From the NCBI GenBank assembly GCA_003344405.1, contig NOWV01000240.1, positions 1 to 64,000 on the forward strand: 64,000 nt of DNA. The letters are read 5' to 3'. The notes under the pieces were generated by a model. That model did not search any database. It was not told the origin of the DNA and was given only the letters and a program-made list of their open reading frames with translations. This stretch comes from Trichoplax sp. H2. Its lineage: Eukaryota. Shown piece by piece: positions 39,228 to 51,672 of the stretch (positions are counted from its first letter, which is position 1; the number at the start of each line of letters is the position of its first letter). The translations under genes and the position numbers were made by a program.

Positions 39228-41584
39228 ACCTTGTAGCTTCTGGCTTGACCTCTATATCAATTCTGAATAGCTAAATATCAGCGTTTCGAGTAAGGTATTA
39301 ATAACAGAGGATTACAATTGGACTAGTCATATAAGATTGGTCCCAAATAAATCATCGATCTTATAACCTGAAATTAATGATGAGACTAAAGGTAATATTT
39401 CCAACTTTATGCCCGGTTGCGTCAATTTTGTTGGTCAGCGCCTGCTATTTAGAATGGACAATAAATGTTTGTAGGCCGAAAGTACTGAAATTGAATTATT
39501 GGCAGTTATATATAGTCTTCTACAGTTTAATGCTATTTGAAAGTCATCTACAGTTAAGCTTTTAGTAGAATAGAGAGACAAGGAGATGATAGCACCACTT
39601 TCAATTGGTTCCATGGTAAATAATACGCGTATACAAAAGGTTTTTAAAGTTTTATCAATCTGCACTAAAATGATGGATGCCTTTTTTAAGAAAAGTTTTA
39701 TTCCTTTGTTCTTTTATTACTTATACTCTAACTCTTTTAGATCTAAAACAAAAATAACCAGTTTCTAAAGGAAATTTAGTTGTCAATCTGATCTCTCAAT
39801 AACATTCAATTCTTGGACGTTATTGTAAGAAGACGTTTCTCTATTCAATTTTATATCATGAATGTTATAATTACTTACTGTAGAAGAAGGCATGTTTCCT
39901 ATTCACTTGCCTTAAGAAACCATATCAAGTAACATCAAATTACGTATAAATGAGTTTAGAATTATTTTACAAAGAATCAATCAATAAATTAATAAGATTA
40001 ACGTCGTCATCCTTAACGAATAGCCTAATAATATTCTTAATGGAAGAAGTAAATGTTTACTTACTTTCTTATACTTTGAATACCAAAAATACCTACAAAA
40101 TATTGACATAGATAAATAACAGACTATCAGCCACAATGATAGCGATATCTTTCTACTTTAAACTTGTCCGTAGGTATAGTTATCTTTAATAGAAGTTTAA
40201 GATATCATCGATGTATAATTTATGATCACCAATGTTGACTATAACTAAGTTTAAGGTTAATAACATGTGCTAAATGATTAACAGTCTATAAGCCACAATG
40301 ATAGCGATATCTTTCTACTTTTGAGCTTGCTGGTAGGTATAGCTATCTTTAATGGAGGTTTCAGATATCCTTTATGTATAATTGATGATCACTAATGGTG
40401 GTTACAACTAAGTTTAAAGTTAATGACACGTGCTAAATGTTGGATATAATTTTTAAATTTGATCATGGTGATGTGTCATGCTATCTATATTATTCTGCAT
40501 TGGAAAATTTCTTCAGAATGATCTGGTTATAAGTTCAATGTCCAAAATATTGATATACGAGTCATGTAAAAATTATCAATGTTAAAGCTAGCTATACTCT
40601 GATATTAGATAATGTATAAGAGTATATGCTGGATGCCCGTATACATCCTTAGTTGCATTGTATACTCTAATTCACATCTTGCATGGAGAATATTTTACTT
40701 TATGACATAATCTTTAATTCATCCATCCGCAGAATTTTCTTGACTGTTAACGTAAGTGAAGTACGTCTTCATCTTTGTCTACTTATATAATATGTGGAAA
40801 TATAATTTTTTATAAAAATTTCGAAACTATTTAATCATGATATTCTCTACTGAATATCTTTGATACGATCGTGGGCCAGAGAGTAAAATGTAGTCATAAT
40901 TTCCAATATTATCATTACTTTGAATATACTGCATAATTATTTATTTGCATCTATTTCGTAATAGCAGAGCTTTTTGTATGCTATAAAAAATAAATTAATT
41001 GAAGAATGATTGGTAACTAGTTAGCAATATCTATATTCTGCATACATAAACTCGCTGAGAAGCGTAGAAAAGTGAAGAAGTATTTTGGACTGGTACAAGA
41101 TTACCTTGACAATATTAAATGTATTCCATTCTCTTTCAGTTATGAAATAATACTATGGAGAGATTGAATTAGAATGATCCATTTTTGCTTCAGTGGAGGA
41201 AAAACATCATGAAGGAAATATGAATCATCAACGAATCGATCGGCTATCATTATTGACGTTATATTATACGCGTATGGCGAGATTTTCAATAGTGAGAAAG
41301 CTGTGCAGTTGAAAAACTGCACAACCACTGGAAATACGACGTTAAGTAATAATGAATTTCTACTCAGTTTCTCGACTGATTTATATACAGTAAATCTTAT
41401 AGATATTATTGATATCGCAATTAACGCTTGAGTCAGAGTTTAGCCAACATTTTACAGCATCTTTAGCAGGCTTTGCTTGAGTAAAAGTCCATTTTCTTGA
41501 GTTAGTGCATGAACTACTAGAAAGAAACTTTGTAGTAGTCCCGGGATTAGAGTTTAGGCAACATTTTATCAGGACGGCTACCAT
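39228..41584 (-). other. Possible small-exon gene or decayed pseudogene of unknown family
   Basis: Several AG..GT-bounded open segments, e.g. 41104-41046 NLVPVQNTSSLFYASQRVY joined in phase to 40928-40867 YIQSNDNIGNYDYILLSGPR, and ALTNKIDATGHKVGNITFSLIINF (~39440-39368) followed by IDIEVKPEAT; other segments contain stops. Confidence 0.3.
40118..40439. repeat. Tandem duplication, ~162 bp unit
   Basis: AACAG.CTAT.AGCCACAATGATAGCGATATCTTTCTACTTT...GTGCTAAATG at 40118 and 40280. Confidence 0.9.
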
Positions 41585-41694
41585 GGGCTACTCAACTAAG
41601 AATTCTCTCTCAAAAAGCCGCACTATCAACATTTCTCTTCTATACACAATTCATCCCACCAAATCCTTGTGTATTTTTAGTATCATTAGTAGTG

Positions 41695-41740
41695 GGTAAA
41701 ATTTTAAACTCAAGTTAAAACTGAAGTTTAAAATTTTACC
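41695..41740. repeat. Perfect 16-bp inverted repeat with 14-nt spacer
   Basis: GGTAAAATTTTAAACT (41695-41710) / AGTTTAAAATTTTACC (41725-41740). Confidence 0.85.
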
Positions 41741-42079
41741 TCTACTACTGCTTGGAAGTGAAAATCTTTCTAGCACCATTTGCATTTTGAGGGAGAATTC
41801 TTAGTAGAGTAGTGATTGTACAACGCATACGTCTAGTAGAGCACAGGATATAGACTACACTAGTTCTCGACAGTACAGTAGTACTGTGAGCGAGGATCGC
41901 GTTCGATCGTCGTCGGACAGGACGAAACACTGGACGGTGGGTAGGCGACTACCTGACGGGTGGACGGAAGAGTGGACGCGTACATCAATTCATCAACCAA
42001 CTCCAGGAGAGAGCGATTGGGAAGCCATCAACTGCCTTCGTCTAGCTTGATAGCAGTGGAGACATTCGATGCATTCATC

Positions 42080-45000
42080 ATGATATCGGTTAAATACCTT
42101 TTAATTACTGCTGGGTTGATTATGCTACTGAGATCATACTCTTCCTGGTTTAATTATGGCGTTACGCAGATCAATGGCAAAACTTCCAGTCAGGTCTGTT
42201 CTGAAGATCGTCTCGATAGGATGTAGGATGTAGTACATGCTTTGGTGGATTAGCTAATGGAGGATAGTAACACCGACCGATTATAATTAGTATAAATTGA
42301 AATCGGAGTCGATACCGTTAAGCTAGCCATCGTTGATTACTACACTATATGCATTAATACTAGTATCTATCATTAGCAAATGAGTAAATCGATTTATCAA
42401 TCAATCAATCGCTGCTAACGTAATCGAGATCTAGCCATAATTGTGCATGATCCTATGTCTTAAATGCAGTTAATCGTATCCATTATAACTAAATATTAAC
42501 ACTGGATACTCCTTGCTTGAATGATTCTCAGGGTGTGACCAATAAAAACGTCTTGGATCGAAAACTTGTCACCACCAAGACAAAATCTCAAGATATCATA
42601 AGAGAACATGGCCAATATCATGGTGATACACAAAAGAAATCCAATTCTGGTCTTTTCATCTTGGGCTATGTTACTCCTGTAAGTTCACTGTTTACAATGT
42701 CTTAAAGTAGATCAGATTACTGGAGATTATACTGTCATGATTTCAGCAATCACAGTAGTCTGCGTGTATCAAGGATAGCAATACTTTACAGTAAAACTGT
42801 GTGATGTAGGAATAGTCGATTTAATCTAATGAAGGAATTGTCGATTGTGTTAGTGTAAGGAAACGGCACACTTGTGCTATTCGTACTATGTGCCTGAATT
42901 TTGAGTTGCTCCATAGCAAACTTAAGAGCTAATACCTATCTATGCATATGTAGTATTATATAATAACAATGCATAAATAAAATTAATAAATTAATGAGTA
43001 CAAGTCAATAATGAATCAGTCTACTTGCATTAATATACGCGTATGCTATAAAAGTAACTCTTTTATAATAACATAACTAATCCATTCTTATACTCGTACA
43101 TATATTAATAATATATATATGCTTATATGCTAATAGTGGAATAACCATGGCTACGATGTGGCTAAAATATTCAATGGCAAGATCGCTGTTATATCACCCG
43201 TTTGGTTACAGATCAAGCGCAAGTAAGTAAAATTCATTTTGTAGTTTACCACAATAGTCGGCTTACTTGCACTCAGTTAAGGCTTTCTATCTATTACTTC
43301 ATATTATGCACGTGGGTGCACATTTGGTTAATGTCACTAAATTATTTCAACTGTCAATTACATATATTGTAAAATACGTACCTATCTACCTATATTAAAA
43401 GGAAAAGTTATATTTGCATAGACATGTTGAAAGCGCACCTTAAGAAATAAGTGTACCGGTGTCTCGTTAGACATCAGCAACTAAATAGCCACAGTATGCA
43501 TACTGCAATATACTGTATAAACCCTAGATACGTATATATTTAGGGTTAACTAAAGAAGATATACGTACTATTGATAAACGACAATAAAGTACACTACCTA
43601 TCAACTATAGACAAATAATTAACGGTCCGATGTAGCTACCACGGAAAGTAAGACGTAATTTGAATACAACTTTATTCGTTGTGTGCAATTACATCACCGT
43701 TGTTAATAGCATAGGCTGCACGTATGTATAATTCTAGTATTATTGATTAGTCTTAAACTTATGACATTCTCATAAAATTTGCTATTTTTTTTAATTGAAA
43801 GAGGAAATGGTGCGTTCTATATGACCGGTGATCATGACATTGATAAAGGATGGATAGCAGATGTCACACAAAATTCAACGACACAGATATGTAAGTAAAA
43901 TTGGCTGGTAGTCAAATTACTATAACATAGTGCCCATATTTATAGTACTGGCGAAACAGGCAAAAATATATTGCCGTCATTACTGTGGTGGACTAGGGTA
44001 CATTCATAGGGCTTAAGTGGGTAGTAGTCCATTTTAAAGTAGACATGTTAGCAATTATTAGCAGCATAGCTAATTTCTTTTAGGTACTGTATCCATTTAA
44101 AGATTCGTAAATATTGTGTTTGCTAGTTCCTAGGATTCTTTTTGATGGATGGACTGTACAACAATATTCTAACCTCTTTAAAGACGAAAAAGCAATGAAA
44201 AAACTTGGAAAATATATGGCAACGTTTTTAAAGGTAACTTTTAGAATTAGTTGGAGTACCAACACCGAACGTATAGTGTTGTACACCTTGTCGTATTAGT
44301 TTTGCGATGGTACTGATGGTAGTATACAGCGTGTTTACCAAGTCTCTACATACTTTACTGAAAATATATGTTTATATTATTGCTATGTGTTGCAGCAGTT
44401 TTTGCACGCTGATATAAAGTACTGTATTTGTACGTCAGTTTAAGTCACATTTATTTCATTTTTATTTATATAAAGACAGTTGTAATACACTGTACTATCA
44501 CTTATTTAAATTTTTATACAGAAAAATCAATTCTCCGGAGGCGTTATTGAAATATGGAGTCAACTCGGTGGTTACTTTAAAAAGTAAAATTTGAAATTAT
44601 TATCCATTCTAGTTCATCAAGAATTATACTCATATCCTTGTAACAACTATACCTAATGTGAATCTATGGTGTTCAATTTAGCGATTTACTAGATTTGACG
44701 ATATATCTAGCAAATACTTTCCATGCTGAAAATTTAAAAATCGTTTTGGTTATTCCTCCGCCTATCTACAAAAAGTTTGCTGTAGATAAATGGAATTATG
44801 ACTAAAAATTTAATAAAATTTTTCATGGAATAATATTAACCATCATTATCTTATGTACCAATTCAAGTGATCTTGATGGCACTTTTCGGAAAAGTGATTT
44901 TGAAGTATTAGCACCGTATGTCGATTATTTTAGTCTGATGACGTACGATTATTCTTCTCCTCAAAGGTAGGATAACGTTTATTACTGTATCTATAGAGGA

Positions 45001-45884
45001 ATGCTTCATGAAAATATTGAAGGATTGTTTTACTTTAGATCAGTAATAAACCGGAACCCAATGATTTCAACTGTTCTTAAGCTTTCTATCAACTTCTATT
45101 TCAATTAGTCCCGGACCAAATTCACCAATTGCTTGGGTAAGAAAATGTATCAAACTATTGGTGCCAGATGAGGGGCCATCTAGATCGAAAATATTAACTG
45201 GACTAAACTTTTATGGCAATGATTATTCTACAACTGGAGGTGGACGTAAGTATTTGATACTATAAGTTGTTTGCATTATTTCCTTAAGCTTACCATGTGT
45301 ACGATTTCTAAAGCCATCATAATGTATACGTTAATATTTCGCTCATATTTAATCAAATTTCCTCTTGCGATATATTTCCATAGCCATCATAGGTCCAGGG
45401 TAAGTTAAACTGAAATCAACGACGACCCTGTTGTCATCACTCGTATATACGTATGTACTGTAATATTGAACTACATGATGCTACTATCATCCTATGGTAG
45501 GTATATTGACATTTTAACTAAGAATAAGCCTAAAATAAAATGGAATTCAAAAATTGCTGAACATATAATAGAGTACAAGAAGCAGTAAGTAAATATATTT
45601 AACCAAGAAATAATATATAGCTGTTAAGTTGGGCTAGGAAATAACGAGTTAACTTATTTTTCATGTTGTAGCGGTGTCTCTCATTCCGTCTATTACCCAT
45701 CGCTAAAGGTCGGTTTTTGCAATACCATAAATTGAGTTATACAAGAATTAAATAGCGAATAAACTATCTCACTTTACACTTTTAGTCAATACAAGCTCGC
45801 GTGGATCTTGCTAAGAAATTAGGAACTGGTATTTCAATTTGGGAATTGGGCCAAGGATTAGATTTTTTCTACGATTTGTTGTAA
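42080..45884 (+). CDS. CHID1: Chitinase domain-containing protein 1 (GH18-like, SI-CLP), 13 exons, ~389 aa
   Basis: Exons 42080-42193, 42532-42678, 43137-43222, 43802-43890, 44127-44233, 44522-44583, 44682-44774, 44868-44966, 45109-45245, 45384-45399, 45501-45584, 45672-45708, 45786-45884 join in frame at GT-AG sites; CHID1 motifs [71 protein letters not shown]. Exon 1 is the least certain. Confidence 0.93.
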
Positions 45885-46432
45885 GGATTTACGACATTAT
45901 TATGATCAATCTCGCTCTTCTACTGTTGTTGCATTAGCAATGCCAATTACCCTAAAATCCAGAAACATTTTAAAAAATTCTTCACTGTTTATTATCAAGA
46001 GTTTTTGAAATAATATTAGTTAGATATTGTATTTAAGAAAAATACGCCAAAGTTGAAAAGTAAACAACACGGTTTCAGCCACATCTGATAAATGTATTGA
46101 CTGTTGTATAATATTAGCTAACGAATTTCTTAAATTCTGGAAAGCATTTTCAGACACTTATATTATAACATTCACATATTTTTATTGTAGTACTATAGCA
46201 CTTTAAACTTTAAGTTAGTAAGATACTTTGAATTCGTAATAAATGAGCTATTAAGTGAAATATGAAAGCTTTTCAATCTGTATAAACTCCTGCCATATTG
46301 AGAAAGATAAATTAGCATATTTAAGATGGAATAATAATCTTCATAAAGTATACGATTATCATAAAGCCTTTATAATACCATTAAAAGCAATCACATTTAA
46401 AAGATAGTAAATTAAAATCAAGAAGAATTCAA

Positions 46433-48512
46433 CTATAACTCATCTGATGGCCTAGGCGTATCTACTCGTGTGGTTTCTTTAATTTTTTTCGGCTTTGGTA
46501 GTATTACTTTCGTTTCTTTGGAATCTTTACTAGTTGGCGGGTATTCATAAAACTCTTCAATAAATTCCTCCTCGAAGACTGTTGGTTCTTGGAGTGCTTC
46601 CGTTAGTATTGGTATCATACTATTCCAGAATGCAACGTTATTCGCTCGCCTTCGTTGTCGCAATTCTACGTTTTCACCAATATAGTAATAGAATTGTGTC
46701 TTGTTATCGTACGGTAGCCATTCTTTTTCAAGCGAGGGAAAAGCCGGTTTTCTACAAACAGAGAATTTAACTCATAAACTTTAATCAAATTTTATCCTTT
46801 AGTAGATGAGCACTAACTATATATGATACGTAGTAACATGCAATTTTATTAATTAGATCATAGTTCAAACTGCTAGGGCAGATCGCTATAGTCTTCAAGA
46901 ATAAAAATTAATGTCATCCCTAACAAGCTATTTTGTAGGGTTCACATTGCTACTATCGAGTCCGTAAATATTCGCATTCAACTTACCCCGCTTTAATAAA
47001 ATTACCCCATAAATTCATCTTTAATTTACTGACAATTTTATCTTTGAAAGAATATTTATCTCGAATGTGAAATGGCTGCTCGAATGGGTAACCAAATAAA
47101 TACGTTAATTCCATAGTTTTAGCAACACCTTGCTCAGGTTTAAAATAACCTGACTCTTTGGTACGAAAATCAAAGTGGTATTGATACGTAGTTACTCCAA
47201 ACTTCGAAAATTGATTAGCGGCATATGCAGCCGGGGCAATAGCATAAGCATCAGATAGACAAGCAAACAAGCTTTCCCGATATTGAGTACGATTATAAGG
47301 ATGGTAATGATCTTTATACTGGAACTTAATTGCCTCTCTTATTGGATCTGCATATTGATTAAAGATGATATCAATGGATTTCTGGTAAACTTTCTCATCG
47401 ATACCGCCATCACTAATAAACTTATTAATTTCTTGCAAATAGTATAGACCTTCATCGGAAACCGTGCCGATCATAACCTCATCCAAATGGAATTCTCCTG
47501 CTTCCATTTCCATCTTAGTATCATTTTCGAACATATTTTTATGATTTACTAAATTGAAAGGCATAAAATGCTTCAGTAAAAGTGTGCTTTGAGCTGCCAT
47601 GATACGGTCAGTAGATTTCGACATTAAACATTCTAATATGACTGATTTGGTGCTATTAGGACAATTTAATTCAGTCAGCATCGTATTTAATATTTGTGTA
47701 GAACGATTTAGGTCTAAATGAGCGCCGCCAGTGGTAAGTGCAGTGCCACTCATTAAGATTGCTCTAGAGAAATAGCGTTTATAATCTGGGTTATATTTTC
47801 TCATCAAAATATGATAGCCAACAGCCATAGCACCAGCAGAGTTACCGCCTAATGTTATTTGATTGGGATCACCACCATAATCGTCGATATTATTATATAC
47901 CCACTTCAAGGCGACCATTTGGTCTAGGAAACCTAAGTTAGGCTCAATAACGATCTCACGATTTTTGTCATCGAAACCTGTTAAAAATCCAAACGCTCCT
48001 AATCGAAAATTGAAAGTTACCACAACTATATTCTGATGCTGAGAAAGAACCTGACCTTGCCAATTAGCTCCGCTACTAAATTCGAGGGCTCCCTCGTGAA
48101 CAAATAGAAAGACTGGTAATTTTCGATCGGTTTGAATGTTCGGCGTGTAAATATTTAAATATAAGCAGTCTTCACTTTGTTGTGCTTCATCACTTCTTGG
48201 ATCAACACGATGACTAAATGGGTAGTGATTGAAAATCTGAGGACAAGAAGGTTTAAATCGTGCTAAAACCATTTCCTTTTTCCATGCTACTATCGGCTTC
48301 GGTGGTTGAAAGCGTAAATCGCCAACAGGTGGTAAGGCATAAGGTACACCTAAAAATCGATAATGCGGCTTACCAAGGACTTCTGTTTTTATGCCCTTGA
48401 TAGGGCCAAGCTTAGTTTCTAATGATACAGCTGAAACCCAAGCATTATTAATGATTGATAGTAATATTAGTACTATCACGAAATTTAGATTTAACGATTT
48501 TAAAGATATCAT
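46433..48512 (-). CDS. C9: soluble carboxylesterase-like protein, catalytic His->Lys, C-terminal SDEL (exon1 48512-46987, exon2 46751-46433; ~614 aa)
   Basis: Signal peptide; HEGAL; GNSAG; GTVSDEG; GVAKTME; GG|GTAAGT...GTAG|A; no TM; acidic then Lys/Pro-rich tail ending PRPSDEL*. Confidence 0.9.
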
Positions 48513-49706
48513 ATCCGATCAACAATAATCAACATGGATAATAATTTTTATGATTACTCAATATTTTGTGAAAACGCTCGTTTTATACGGTTCTTTTCAA
48601 TTACATTATACATTACCAAAATGACTCAATGTCTCAACTTGACAATAGGGAAAAGCAAAATAGAATATGATTACGTTAAGAATAAATATGTTAATGATGA
48701 GGAGTTCAGACACCATTGATATTATAATAACGTGACCGAAGTAACAATTCGTAGACTGCAAAAAATTGAGTCGCCATAGTGATTGGTGGGGCAATGAATG
48801 CATCGTAAGAAGATGAAAGGTTAACACCGACTGCTACACTGAATTTGATGAGTTAGATGTTGTTATTGCTGGTATAAACGCTTTTGAAAATGTTGATTCT
48901 ATTATACGAGCTGTGAGCTTATGTTTATAAAGTGTATAATCAATACTTGGGACTGAAATTTCACCTATAAAACAGGAGAGGTTATATTATGATTAAAGTT
49001 GGTCACATTCTAGTCACTCCAGTGGAGCTAATTATTACTTATTGCAAACTAAATTGTTATCAAATATCAGTAATAACAGCAATTAAATACTATAGCTTTG
49101 TAGAGTAGCGGCAACGATTCTAATGACCACATCATACTAATGGAGCTTTAGGAAGGTTATAATTGGCGATCGTTGCATTTATGGAAAACATTGAATAAGA
49201 CCTGGCTATAATGGACTTACTGATGTTAATGGAACTTGCAGTTACATTAGAATGTGCAGTTATTTACCAGGGTTAAGTTAATACATTGACAGTATTTTGA
49301 TAATACCTAAGTAATTAAATCAGGAGGTATTTTCTGAATGTGAAAGCATCAGTACTAGCGTTGAGCTTTGCAATGATTACACATAAATGATTCAAACAAC
49401 ATTCATTTTTATTTTAGTGAAATTAAAGTATCGTTAGCGAATATAACTTGAATAAATAAAGCCATATTAAAATAATATAATTAAATATGCACAAATAAGT
49501 TTGCGTTTTATTTGACTTAGCTATCATAGGGTTTCGATAAGAATGCAACATTATATGTAAGTTGTAGTTGGAATTATGAAATGTGTAATAAATTATTTTC
49601 CTGCGAGATTACAAGCTATGCAGTTTAAATTACGAATCATGTAAATTAGTAGTGCCTATACTTTTAGCTAAAGCTTTGATTTTAATACAATAATAGTTGG
49701 TTATTC

Positions 49707-51672
49707 TTAATGTCTCTTTGGTTTACCCGATGATATAATATTAAATACAAGATAGATTACACAACCAAGAAGGGCAATCGTCGATATCTTGTAAATGTTA
49801 AAGCCGGATGGATTAGATTGGTTAGTAGAAGAATCACCTTGTGAATCTTGCACTAATGCTTTAATTTTGGATTCCATGGCTGGTACAATTTCATTCCAGA
49901 AGACTACATCACCATGTCGATAGTGCTGATCTACTTGTAGATCTTTGGTGATGTTTAAATAGTAGCGATTATTGACCTCATATCTCGGCCAATTCTTGCT
50001 ACCAGTGGGCTTGCTGCAACAAAAATAGAAGGAATAGGAGCGTTAATATTATTTTAACATGATGAAAAGTTGATTCAGTAGTTCAACTAATTATAATTGA
50101 TTACAGGGCATTAGATCAGTTCACTAAGCTATCAAAGGAATATTAGCGTAGTCGTGTTACTTACTTTCCTCGTGTAAATGAGCCCCACATTGCCATAATA
50201 TTTTTACTAACATTAACATCATTCTCATCGTATTCATCCTTAAAATAACTCGGTTTGCGTATTGGATATCCAAAGATATAAGGTACTTCCATTTGATGGC
50301 TAGCTCCAGCATGGTCAGGATAATAAAACGAATCAGCCACTCGTTGACTAAATATATACATGTATGTCGGTAAGCCATGTTCTGCAAATTTCTCGCCGCA
50401 ATAAACAGCTGGTGACAGAAAATAGAAATCAGTCCACAATAAATTGGAGTAATGTCTGATAAGGATTGGATTATTAGCATCGATAGGATCACTGTAACGA
50501 TGAAGGATAGTTTCAAAAACTGGCTTAGAAACATAATCGATCGAGTTTTGTGCTACAGCATCGAACACTGGTCTGGATATTCCCTTATTAATATTAGGGA
50601 TTAGCAAATTAAATAGCGTTCCATCGTCCTTTGTCAGACCAAAAATCACATTGGCTTTGTTAATTTTACCTTTATCAAGTAAAATTTTTGGATCAGCAGG
50701 AATTGTTTTACCATCCACGATAGGTTTAAAGGGGCCCATTTTTCTTTTAATTGCAGCCCATTGAGCTTCAATAATTTGATCGACGGATAATTTTTGCAAA
50801 CAAGTGGTAATTTGGTGAGATTTTTGGGATTGGTTGCATGCAGTATGATCTAGAAATCGCTGAAAGATCTCATTCGCTTCGGTATAGTCTTGATGATAGC
50901 ATAAGTGCAATAACGGAGTACCACTTTGCAAAACAGCACTACGGAATAAGCCTTGACTGGATGGTGATAATAGGTGAAATCCTATCGAAACAGCACCAGC
51001 TGAATTGCCAGCAATGGTTACTTTAGTTTTATCGCCACCAAAGTGACGAATATTACGTTGTATCCATTTTAAGGCTATTTTTTGATCAAGTTGGCCATTA
51101 TTAGCTGGCAAGATATCACTATTTTTCTCATTTCGAGCTGTCATAAAACCTAAAGCGCCAAGGCGATAATTGATTGTCACTACTACAATATCTTCACGTG
51201 TTGATAATGTCTCGCCATGCCAATTCGCACCAGTTCCCATAATGTAGCCACCGCCATGGATCCATACTAGGACAGGCAATAAGGGACTTTTAGAATCGAC
51301 TTTAGGTGTATAGATATTTAAATAAAGGCAATCTTCGTTTTCTTTGCTTTCTGGTAATGATTTATCAAGACGATCATATATTTGTGGCACAACATAGGTC
51401 TGTGGGCAGGATGGGCTAAATTGGAGAGCATCACGAGTTGATCTCCATGATTTCTTCAATGGTATTGAATTCATAAATCTTAAGGAGCCGACTGGTGGCT
51501 CAGCATAAGGCACTCCGAGAAAGACATGGCATTGCTTATCATCAACATTGTAAGTTTTACCCCGTACAGCTCCTTTATCCGTTTGTGCTACAACATAGCT
51601 GTCAGCACCATATGCAATATTGAGCTGATAGAAGATTAATAATATTGTAGTAGAAGACAGTAGCCATTTCAT
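49707..51672 (-). CDS. C10: membrane carboxylesterase with KxKxx tail (exon1 51672-50165, exon2 50013-49707; ~604 aa)
   Basis: ATG at 51672; HGGGY, GNSAG, GLTKDDG, ASHQME; AA|GTAAGT...GCAG|C; exon 2 (absent from ORF track) reads KPTGSKNWPRY...VFWNEIVP...ISTIALLGCVIYLVFNIISSGKPKRH*. Confidence 0.9.

Noticed and set aside
41881..41930. CTGTGAG...GGACGAAAC as a hammerhead core
   Set aside because: CUGANGA is incomplete and no matching stems were found
48700..49275. Coding-like plus-strand fragments between C9 and C10
   Set aside because: Interrupted by stops; no coherent frame or recognisable family
49707..49790. GPI-anchor signal on C10
   Set aside because: The hydrophobic stretch is followed by the charged tail SSGKPKRH, which fits TM plus dilysine better
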